This document shows positions 1-7,620 of a stretch of DNA of 64,000 bases, in pieces. Each line of letters opens with the position of its first letter. The stretch's first letter is position 1. The translations under genes were made by a program, and so were the position numbers. The notes under the pieces were generated by a model. It was not told where the DNA came from. It was given only the letters and a program-made list of their open reading frames with translations, and ran no database searches. This DNA comes from Defluviitaleaceae bacterium (GTDB taxonomy: Bacteria; Bacillota; Clostridia; Lachnospirales; WQUN01), in NCBI GenBank assembly GCA_009786535.1, contig WQRX01000018.1, forward strand, positions 8,513 through 72,512, written 5' to 3'.

Positions 1-1047
1 TGCGGGGTTTTCCGCGTCCCATGTGTCACGCGTGCCAACAGGACCTGTGCGCAGGGCAAATTCCCACGGTGCATAAATATGCAAAGAAACGACAATCCTG
101 TCATCTACCGTATCGGTGGGGATAACCAGTGCCCGCTGCGCTACCGCAGCAGAAGACGCCGCATACGTAGGCACCATTAATACGCGGTAGGCGTTATTGC
201 CCCCGTTTGCGCGTACAATGTCAACAAAAAGCTGGTTGAGGATATTTAAATTTGCGCGTTCCTCGGCTGTGCCGCCCGTCCACTCGGCGGGCGAGCCGAT
301 TGTACGCGGTTCGTTTAGCCCTTCGAACATGAGCATTTCATTATAATCACGGAAATGGTAGGCGATTTGCTTCCAAACCATAATAAACGACGCTTTGCTG
401 TAGTGCATAAATTCGTCACGCAGGTCAAAAATATATTCGTCATGGTGGGTATTGAGTATCACTTTTAAACCCGCGTCCAGCGACCAGTCCACAATTTCCT
501 GCACGCGTGCCATCCAATCCTCGCGGATATGCATTTCGTTTTGCAGCGCCTTAAACCACGTCACGGGAATGCGGATGGTGTTAAACCCTGCGTCGGCAAC
601 GGCTTGAATATTCTCGCGCGTGGTAATGTGGTTTACCCACGCGTATTCCATTTCCGCCACCGTAGTGTTGGCGTATAAACCGCCGCCAAGCCAATCAAAG
701 CCGTTTAACCCACCGTGCGAATCGAGGGTATTGCCCAAATTCCAGCCCATGCCGATATTCGCCACCCACCGGGTTGCGGTAATTTCGTTAAAATCGGCGG
801 TGCGCACGCCTTGGGTCATGGTAGCGGCGATAAGCGGGGGAAGAGGCGGCACATCATATTCGGGCGCGGTTTCTGTATCCCCTGTAATTACAGGGCGCGG
901 AGTAGGCCGAGGGGTCGGCGCAGGCATATACACAGGCGCATTTGGCGGCACAATAGGAATGGGCTGGTGCGATTCGGAACGCCCGACACAAGCCGTAAGC
1001 GTAAAAATTAACACAATAAATATAGCTGCAAATCCTAATTTTTTCAT
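1..1047 (-). CDS. Glycoside hydrolase family 5 (cellulase/mannanase-type) lipoprotein; C-terminus cut by the window edge
   Basis: Absent from the ORF track because it runs off the window. Minus-strand ATG at 1047-1045, with SD AAGGAGG (rc of 1054-1060). My translation: MKKLGFAAIFIVLIFTLTAC (lipobox LTAC), a Pro-rich linker PTPRPTPRP, then GH5 signatures WNLGNTLD, ILNTHHDE and MFEGLNEP (acid/base Glu). The frame stays open to nt 1. Confidence 0.85.
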   Translation of the reverse strand, partial: MKKLGFAAIFIVLIFTLTACVGRSESHQPIPIVPPNAPVYMPAPTPRPTPRPVITGDTETAPEYDVPPLPPLIAATMTQGVRTADFNEITATRWVANIGMGWNLGNTLDSHGGLNGFDWLGGGLYANTTVAEMEYAWVNHITTRENIQAVADAGFNTIRIPVTWFKALQNEMHIREDWMARVQEIVDWSLDAGLKVILNTHHDEYIFDLRDEFMHYSKASFIMVWKQIAYHFRDYNEMLMFEGLNEPRTIGSPAEWTGGTAEERANLNILNQLFVDIVRANGGNNAYRVLMVPTYAASSAAVAQRALVIPTDTVDDRIVVSLHIYAPWEFALRTGPVGTRDTWDAENPA

Positions 1048-3275
1048 TCGGTGCCTCCTTTAAATATACCCGGGGTGCTGCGCCTGCGCCCTTTTTTCTT
1101 CATTTTTTCTTCGTACAGGGCGGCGTCGGCGCTTTGTATTGCCGCTTCAAAGCATTCGCGGGTGGTTTCCTCCAACGCTACGTGACCAATACTGCATTCC
1201 ACACGGTAGGGCAAGCGGGTACGCGTATTATAGTCGTCTATCCCTGCCCGCAAACGCGCTACTAAGCTGTCCGCCATATATTTTTCCTTTACGGTAGAGA
1301 ATACGATAAATTCATCGCCCCCTACGCGGCCTATTATATCCTCCTTACGTAGGGTACTGCGCAGTATTTTGGCGAATATTTGAATGGCGCGGTCACCTTC
1401 CTTATGCCCCAGCGTATCGTTTATATCCTTTAGCCCATCCATATCCAAAAATAATACAACGGGGTACATATCACCATTGCGGCGCACTACGTCCATACGC
1501 GCGGAAACAAATTGGAAGAAGCCCCTGCGGTTATACAGCCCCGTTAGCTCATCGGTAATGGACAGCGACTGTATCTTTGTTATCAGTTCCGCACCCTTAA
1601 TTGCGGTGGAAATATTAACCCTTAACGCTTCATATATATCCACTTCCTGCGTAATAGACGGGTCATAGGGCAGTATAATTACGCCCGATTCCTCATCTTT
1701 AAAAAACAACGGGAAGTAGAAAAGTGTACGCCGTTCGCGATTAAAATCAAATTCCACAATGGAAGAAACATCGGTATAGTTAAACTTACCGCTTTCTTTT
1801 TTGGTATAGAAACGGCTTTTTCCGTCGAAGCCAAGCAAAATTTCCACATCACGCCTTGCGCTGGAGTCGTTACTTTTAACGGGGGAGTGGTATAAGCCTA
1901 CAATTGCCATGTTAATGCGCACTTCGGGTAACAGGCGGCACAATTCATCTGCCAGCGTATTTACGTCAAAGGTAGGCACAAGCGTACTGGTTACGCGCCG
2001 TAATGCCATGCGCAGGTCGCTTTGCCTATTTTCGCGTATTTTATCTTGGTTAGATGAAATATCATGCACCACGGTAGATGCATGAAGCAACGCCTCTAAC
2101 GCCGCATGTATATTGCCCACCTCGTGGGCAAAGCGCTGTAAACTCACCATAAATACGTTAATTACTTCCTGCCAAATAAAATAATCGGTGGCGAGATGGC
2201 TGTAATTTAAAATAATCTCTTCGAATAACGAAAGGAAAACCTCGCTTTGAAAGGAAGGCGTAGTCACTTGGTCGGCTAACATCGTAACCCACCTGTGTGC
2301 AAGGGTTGGGGGTATTTCATCATGGAAAAGGGGGACGAGTTTATCCAGCACAAACTGGGTAAATGCGTATGCATTACCCTGCTGATGGTTTTCCATATTA
2401 ATAAATTCGCGCCTAAAGCACCCGCAGGACTGCCGCGGAATAAATACCGAAGGCACGTAGCGCACTGCATCAACCTCTTGACCGTTTATTTTGGCAAACA
2501 ATGTTTCCGCACTTGCGTAGCCCATGGCAAAAAAGTCTTGCCCTGCGGTACTTACGGAGGGGATAAAGGTCGCCGCTTCGCGGTCGTCATCAAAGCCTGT
2601 AACCGAAATTTCGTTAGGCACTTGAATGCCGCGCGCCTTAAACTCCGTAAGCACGGTAATTGCCATAATATCGTTGCTTGCCACTACCGCGTCGAAGGGC
2701 AGCTTGCGCACATCCAGCAATTCGCGCACCGCTTTTTGGGCGCTGTCGTTGCTAAAATCGCCCGGAAGCACATAGTCCGCAACAAAAGGAAGCCCATTTT
2801 CCGCCAACGCTTTTTTATAGCCCTTTAGGCGGTCTTCCGCTTCGCTATTGCCTACCGGACCGCGGATAAATACGATTTTTTTCTTATTATGTACTTTAAT
2901 TAAATGGTCAACCGAGCTGTAAATGCCGTTTTCATTATCTGCAACAATAGAAGGAATGCCCTGCGCTACATACGACAATGAAACACAGGCAATATGCCTG
3001 GGTATTTTGCGAATATACGCATCGTACACATCGTTCCCGCCGATGTGGTGCGGGATATAACCCGAAAATAATATAACGCCGTCCAGTTTTTTACTGTTGT
3101 AAATCGAATCGAAACACGTGTTTAAATGCGAGGTAAAATCATCGTTACTGCTTTGGTAGCAACCAATATACCCAAGCAAATGAATGTCGCGCTGTGCCGC
3201 ATACTCGTTAATACCGCGCCACATTTCCATTTGGGGGAATGTAACCACATTCGAAAACAGTACACCAAAAGTCAT
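1044..3275 (-). CDS. Diguanylate cyclase (GGDEF) with an N-terminal LacI/RbsB-type sugar-binding (PBP type 1-like) sensor domain
   Basis: ORF track 1044..3290. The ATG at 3275 (MTFGVLF) has GAGGG 8 nt upstream and is the likelier start. The C-terminus has an RKED I-site 5 residues before an intact GGDEF (RVGGDEFIVF). The N-terminal ~290 aa look like a LacI-family effector domain without an HTH. No signal peptide or TM segment. The stop TGA 1046-1044 overlaps the GH5 ATG (ATGA). Confidence 0.85.
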   Translation of the reverse strand: MTFGVLFSNVVTFPQMEMWRGINEYAAQRDIHLLGYIGCYQSSNDDFTSHLNTCFDSIYNSKKLDGVILFSGYIPHHIGGNDVYDAYIRKIPRHIACVSLSYVAQGIPSIVADNENGIYSSVDHLIKVHNKKKIVFIRGPVGNSEAEDRLKGYKKALAENGLPFVADYVLPGDFSNDSAQKAVRELLDVRKLPFDAVVASNDIMAITVLTEFKARGIQVPNEISVTGFDDDREAATFIPSVSTAGQDFFAMGYASAETLFAKINGQEVDAVRYVPSVFIPRQSCGCFRREFINMENHQQGNAYAFTQFVLDKLVPLFHDEIPPTLAHRWVTMLADQVTTPSFQSEVFLSLFEEIILNYSHLATDYFIWQEVINVFMVSLQRFAHEVGNIHAALEALLHASTVVHDISSNQDKIRENRQSDLRMALRRVTSTLVPTFDVNTLADELCRLLPEVRINMAIVGLYHSPVKSNDSSARRDVEILLGFDGKSRFYTKKESGKFNYTDVSSIVEFDFNRERRTLFYFPLFFKDEESGVIILPYDPSITQEVDIYEALRVNISTAIKGAELITKIQSLSITDELTGLYNRRGFFQFVSARMDVVRRNGDMYPVVLFLDMDGLKDINDTLGHKEGDRAIQIFAKILRSTLRKEDIIGRVGGDEFIVFSTVKEKYMADSLVARLRAGIDDYNTRTRLPYRVECSIGHVALEETTRECFEAAIQSADAALYEEKMKKKGRRRSTPGIFKGGTE

Positions 3276-3428
3276 GGGCGCGTCCCTCATTTCCGCTTAC
3301 TATAACGCTACGTATAATACTGTATTTTTGTACAATAACGCAACTGTTTTGTGTATGAGGATGAGGTTGCAATAAGACGGAAGAACGCGTGGGCTTTTTT
3401 ACGCCCGCCGCCGCAATAAAAGCACGCG

Positions 3429-4799
3429 CTACCGCAGTAGTGCCAATACCCGTTCTTGTGCTTGGTGGCTTTGTGCCAGCATAGCCATGGCTGCTTGGTT
3501 TAGTACATTTGATGCGGTAAGGCGCATCATTTCCAGCGCCATGTCGGCATCGCGAATGCGGGAGTTGGCGTTTTTCATATTCTCTGAAGCGGTTTGCAGG
3601 TTTTGATGGATATAGTCCAGGCGGTTCATGTGTGCGCCCACAATTACACGGTAACTGTTAATTTGGTTTAGCGCATTGTCGATAGCAAGCAGTGCCGCGT
3701 TGCCCCCGTCCCATGTGGTTACATCTAACCCCACCACGCCCAAAGCAGCAGCGCGGGCATCGAAAACGGGAAGGTTTAACCCCTGCCCAAAGTTTGCCCC
3801 CGATTGTATCCATAGGTCGGGAATGTGGGGCGGGCGGATTGTGTCCGGGTCTACATTGGGGTCGGGTTGGGATGCAATTAAAAAATAAAATTCTCTAACC
3901 GGCGAATCAATATAACTACTAAGCATAATCGTCCAATTACCTGAAACTGTTGTGTCGGTAATTATCATATGCACACTACCTGCAACATTATTATTATTTA
4001 CCGCCCCGGTTACAATCGACTCCACGGTTCCGCTGGGCGTATTAAAAGTGCCATGACTTCCTGCATTACCGGAATGCAAACCGATGATTGTACCATCCGG
4101 CGAAACAAGCGACACTTGTCCTGTAAAAACACCAATATTTTCATAATTTGAACCCGCGATCACAAATATTGCCCCGCGCGTACCCTGTGGTATGTACCAA
4201 GAAGCAAAGTTAGTATGACTTACGCCAGGATTCATACGGACTGTAAGTGTAGTACCAAAATAACCCGCTTCCCCTGCCCCAGGCAAACCTGTTGCATTTA
4301 CAATATTAACCCCCGGTCCAAAAACAAGGGGATTTGAAGGTGATGCACCGCCGCCCCCACCCCCGCCTAACCACGATGCGCCTGGGCGGTTTAATAAATC
4401 TACTGTATTAAATTGCGTCCGATTTGCGGAAGCCGTAATTTCTGTAATTAATTCATTCACTTCTCTTTGAATTTGCCGTTTATCTTCATCGGTATTCGTG
4501 TCGTTTAATGCTTGAATTGTAAGTTCTCGTTTGCGGATTAACATATCGCCGATAACGCTTAGCCCGCCGTCCATGGTTTGCAACAGTGAAAAACCGTCAC
4601 GCGTGTTTCTGTCGGCTTGGTCCAGCCCACGGATTTGCGCGCGCAGTTTTTCGGATATAGCTAACCCCGCCGCATCATCTGCGGCGGAGTTAATCCGATA
4701 CCCACTGGACAAACGCGTGGAAGCACGGCGTTGTTTAAGCCCAACATTTTTTAAATTTCGCCAGGCAGTTAAGCCCAGTTGGTTGGTTTGGATGGTCAT
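3429..4799 (-). CDS. fliC: Flagellin
   Basis: 456 aa. N-domain: LSSGYRINSAADDAAGLAISEKLRAQIRGLDQA. C-domain: NRLDYIHQNLQTASENMKNANSRIRDADMALEMMRLTASNVLNQAAMAMLAQSHQ...LLR. The ~210-aa variable middle opens with a GGGGGGG linker. There is no purine-rich SD in the 15 nt before the ATG. The start lies 9 nt after the stop of the upstream gene. Confidence 0.9.
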   Translation of the reverse strand: MTIQTNQLGLTAWRNLKNVGLKQRRASTRLSSGYRINSAADDAAGLAISEKLRAQIRGLDQADRNTRDGFSLLQTMDGGLSVIGDMLIRKRELTIQALNDTNTDEDKRQIQREVNELITEITASANRTQFNTVDLLNRPGASWLGGGGGGGASPSNPLVFGPGVNIVNATGLPGAGEAGYFGTTLTVRMNPGVSHTNFASWYIPQGTRGAIFVIAGSNYENIGVFTGQVSLVSPDGTIIGLHSGNAGSHGTFNTPSGTVESIVTGAVNNNNVAGSVHMIITDTTVSGNWTIMLSSYIDSPVREFYFLIASQPDPNVDPDTIRPPHIPDLWIQSGANFGQGLNLPVFDARAAALGVVGLDVTTWDGGNAALLAIDNALNQINSYRVIVGAHMNRLDYIHQNLQTASENMKNANSRIRDADMALEMMRLTASNVLNQAAMAMLAQSHQAQERVLALLR

Positions 4800-4808
4800 T
4801 GTTCTAAA

Positions 4809-7226
4809 TTAAACCATTCGGAACATCATTGAGGAAGTCGATTCATTACTAAAGTTGAATTGTAAACTTCCCGTGCTACCAACTAATTGCGTTTCAAAAA
4901 CATGTAACAATTGCCCCGGAGCAGTAATGCGGAATATTCTGTACTCTGCTGATGCATTTGCAGGCTGGAGCAAGCCAATCATATCAAATGCGCCGCTATG
5001 AACTGTAAAAGTGGTTGCATAAATATTAATTCCTAACCTTGCAATATCCGCGCTACATACACCAATATCAACATGGCTTACTAACCCGAAGAAAAAATCC
5101 ATTGGTGCAAAGTCCATAAAATACGTTAATAACCGTGGCGCTTCGGGAGTTGCATCATAAATGCTAATACTTACAATAATCGTATGCCCGCTGGTAAAAT
5201 TAACCCTAAACGGAAATGTTCCTGCGGGAAGCAAATCTAAAAATTCGCTTCTAAACATTATCGTTTCGCCAATTACGATATAATCTTGCGGGTTTCGCAA
5301 GCCGGGAATATCACGTACCGTTGCACCGCCAAAGGTGTTAAACTCAACAACGAGGTTTTCACCGCTATTGCGCACATGATGCCAGTAACGCGAGCCGCAC
5401 AATTCGGGTTCAATATTCCCTGCAAAGTCGATGCTTTCTTGGAAACGTACATACTCTGCACTATTTCGCTTGCGCAGTAACGGCAATTCACCATTTCTTA
5501 TCACGTCAACATTAAACGCGTTGCCGATAAGCAACGTAGATGTCCACCACGTTGGTAATGTAATTGCCTGTTGGTGTACCCGTACAGCTTGGCTAAAATC
5601 ACCAATCGCTCCACCGTGTATCCTGCTTGCAAAGCTATAAAAATTGTTTGAGGGAGAAAGCTGTGTGCCATTACCAACTATTGATACCGCCGCTGCAGCA
5701 GAAGGCGCAATAATATCGGCGATGATGAAATTATTGGTAATTGCAGCGTTAATTGTGCCGCGACCGCTCAAACGGCTTACGTCGCCAATCAATCCACCCG
5801 CAAAATTATTTGTTACGGTAATATTAACGCTTACATAATTTCGGTGAACATTTACCGTAGTCCAACGAATTGATGAAGAACCAGGAATGCTATAACGGAA
5901 ATGCAACTGCCCGGCTAACCCACCGGCACGTGTATTCGCGTATACCGTAGCATGGGAATAGTTGTTTGTAATGTCAAACACCAAACCATTTGCACCCGAA
6001 TCGAATAAACCAATTAGCCCGCCTACGCTATCATTACCACGGATTACACCCGTCGCATAGGAATTAGTAAGGGTAGAACCAGACGCCGTAGAATGAATAT
6101 GCCCTACAATACCGCCTACATTGTTATTGCCTGTAACATTTGCCCTGCCGAAACTGTTAAAAACATGGAACAAACCCGATGCGCGCCCAACTACGCCGCC
6201 TATGGCATTAGTTCCGCGTACTGTCGCATCATTTGTTAAACCGCTGTCGGAGATAGTAGTTGCCTCCATTAAGCCTGCAATACCGCCAACATTATTTCTG
6301 CCTTGTACATCAACATTAACGGTAGCGGTTGTAATGCGACCGCTTGTAATCTGTCCCGCAACGCCGCCAACATTATCAATACCTAGAATGCTGCTACCTG
6401 TTACGGTAATATCATTAAACGGAGTATTGGTTGCAATACCTACAACGCCGCCTACATTGTGGGCTTGACGCGCATTTATGCTTCCGCCTTCAATGTTTAT
6501 GTTTGATACCCTCGAATTAACAGCGGTACCAATCAGGAAGCCAATGTTATCCCTGCTATGACCTGTTACAACTACTTCAGGGTTTACCAAATTTACATTG
6601 TGGATATCGGCATTGTGGATGAAGCCAAACATACCAAGGCTGTTTATGCTTGCATTCAAGGGAATAAGCACCCAGTCAAAATTAATTAGCAAATTGTAAA
6701 TCGTAAACTCGTTACCGTTAAAACTCCCATTAAACGCATTGTGTTGTTGAAACCCAATGGGAAGGAAGTTAAAATAATTTGCCATGTCAATATCCGCCAC
6801 CAGCACATAGTAGGCGCGGTTAAAAAAGTCGATGGATAAGTAGGGATGCGCTTCCATACCCGATGTAAATTCACTAAAAGCCATAAGGTCTGCGCTGTTT
6901 GCTATCATGAAAGGAATGTTTACACCGTCACCACCGCTAAACAGTTGAGCAGATACGGGCGTTATGGCTGCGTAGACAACTTCAATTGCCTCATACGCAT
7001 CGCATTCGTATCCTTCTTCGTATTCCTCTCCAACTTCGTACTCGTCTTCAGTTTCAACTTCAAGTTCCGGGAAGTATTCATCCGGGGTGTATACTTCGTA
7101 TTCGGGATAATTGTAGATCTCATCGTCCCCGTAATACGCTGCACGCACAACCATTGCGTTGCCCAGCGCCATAACCAACGCCAGTAAAATTACTGCTACT
7201 TGCTTTGTCCATTTCCTTTTGTACAT
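4809..7226 (-). CDS. Secreted GLUG-motif repeat protein (adhesin/exoprotein-like)
   Basis: ORF track 4809..7286. The ATG at 7226 has AAGGAGG 7 nt upstream and gives the signal peptide MYKRKWTKQVAVILLALVMALGNAMVVRA. Next comes an acidic Glu/Tyr-rich stretch, then about 9 repeats with the core N-x-GG-[IVL]-[VAI]-G (NVGGVVG, DNVGGVAG, NNVGGIAG, NAIGGVVG, NNVGGIVG, DSVGGLIG, RAGGLAG, FAGGLIG). The C-terminal ~250 aa look beta-rich. No LPXTG motif. Confidence 0.8.
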   Translation of the reverse strand: MYKRKWTKQVAVILLALVMALGNAMVVRAAYYGDDEIYNYPEYEVYTPDEYFPELEVETEDEYEVGEEYEEGYECDAYEAIEVVYAAITPVSAQLFSGGDGVNIPFMIANSADLMAFSEFTSGMEAHPYLSIDFFNRAYYVLVADIDMANYFNFLPIGFQQHNAFNGSFNGNEFTIYNLLINFDWVLIPLNASINSLGMFGFIHNADIHNVNLVNPEVVVTGHSRDNIGFLIGTAVNSRVSNINIEGGSINARQAHNVGGVVGIATNTPFNDITVTGSSILGIDNVGGVAGQITSGRITTATVNVDVQGRNNVGGIAGLMEATTISDSGLTNDATVRGTNAIGGVVGRASGLFHVFNSFGRANVTGNNNVGGIVGHIHSTASGSTLTNSYATGVIRGNDSVGGLIGLFDSGANGLVFDITNNYSHATVYANTRAGGLAGQLHFRYSIPGSSSIRWTTVNVHRNYVSVNITVTNNFAGGLIGDVSRLSGRGTINAAITNNFIIADIIAPSAAAAVSIVGNGTQLSPSNNFYSFASRIHGGAIGDFSQAVRVHQQAITLPTWWTSTLLIGNAFNVDVIRNGELPLLRKRNSAEYVRFQESIDFAGNIEPELCGSRYWHHVRNSGENLVVEFNTFGGATVRDIPGLRNPQDYIVIGETIMFRSEFLDLLPAGTFPFRVNFTSGHTIIVSISIYDATPEAPRLLTYFMDFAPMDFFFGLVSHVDIGVCSADIARLGINIYATTFTVHSGAFDMIGLLQPANASAEYRIFRITAPGQLLHVFETQLVGSTGSLQFNFSNESTSSMMFRMV

Positions 7227-7240
7227 CTTGTTTCCTCCTT

Positions 7241-7262
7241 GGGATAAAATTGGGATAAAATT
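7241..7262. repeat. Perfect tandem duplication of the 11-mer GGGATAAAATT
   Basis: Read directly: gggataaaatt (7241-7251) and gggataaaatt (7252-7262). It lies immediately upstream (minus-strand sense) of the SD of the GLUG gene. Confidence 0.9.
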
Positions 7263-7302
7263 TGACATGTCGGGCACATCATACACTCATTCAAAATAAA
7301 AA

Positions 7303-7354
7303 GTGTGGAGAAACTTGCACACATTCTTAAAATAATGTGCAAATTTCTCCACAC
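7303..7354 (-). terminator. Long imperfect inverted repeat (~21-nt arms) followed by TTTTTATTTT on the minus strand; terminator or attenuator-like
   Basis: Left arm GTGTGGAGAAACTTGCACACATT; the right arm rc is GTGTGGAGAAATTTGCACATT. On the minus strand the stem is followed by tttttatttt (rc of 7293-7302). On the plus strand only CTTTATT follows. Confidence 0.5.
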
Positions 7355-7359
7355 TTTAT

Positions 7360-7401
7360 TGCGGGATATTCTGTATACTTGCCGCAACAAAATATCCCGC
7401 A
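7360..7401. repeat. 11-bp inverted repeat TGCGGGATATT / AATATCCCGCA with a 20-nt loop
   Basis: Read directly. It sits between the long hairpin and the peptide gene. No T-tract follows on either strand. Confidence 0.7.
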
Positions 7402-7442
7402 TTCACAAATGTCGGGCATACAAATGCTAAGGAGGCTATGAC

Positions 7443-7616
7443 ATGAAAAAAATGTTATTAGCAGTTATGGTTGGTCTAGGTGTTTTACTTACAGGTGTTT
7501 TGTTCGCGGTAACGACGCAAGCGTATGAACCCCCAGCAAATTACTGCATTGAGATTGCAATGCCCGACGCACGTGTTTTACCCAAGTATCCCTCAATCCC
7601 ACCCACTCGGGGATAG
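7443..7616 (+). CDS. Unannotated 57-aa secreted pre-peptide (candidate signalling pro-peptide)
   Basis: Below the 60-aa cutoff of the ORF track. SD AAGGAGG (7429-7435) lies 7 nt before the ATG at 7443. Translation: MKKMLLAVMVGLGVLLTGVLFAVTTQA|YEPPANYCIEIAMPDARVLPKYPSIPPTRG, followed by a stop codon. It has a classic Sec signal peptide with an AxA-like site (TQA) and a Pro-rich 30-aa tail. The stop at 7614-7616 is 4 nt from the stop of the convergent regulator gene. Confidence 0.6.
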   Translation: MKKMLLAVMVGLGVLLTGVLFAVTTQAYEPPANYCIEIAMPDARVLPKYPSIPPTRG

Positions 7617-7620
7617 CATG

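Noticed and set aside
620-1063. Plus-strand ORFs 620..1063 and 715..1011 from the track
   Set aside because: They are antisense shadows of the strongly supported GH5 gene. They are Gly/Arg-rich with low complexity, have no SD and show no motif.
4330-4370. Gly7-coding tract in the flagellin as a slipped-strand phase-variation switch
   Set aside because: The tract uses mixed Gly codons. The longest homopolymer run is about 5 nt, too short for efficient slippage.
7227-7442. c-di-GMP (GEMM-type) riboswitch in the leader of the GLUG/flagellin operon, considered because of the adjacent cyclase
   Set aside because: I could not find the conserved GGCAAAC / ACGCAAAGC-type motifs on either strand by eye. 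A covariance-model scan (Rfam GEMM-I/II) would be the decisive test.
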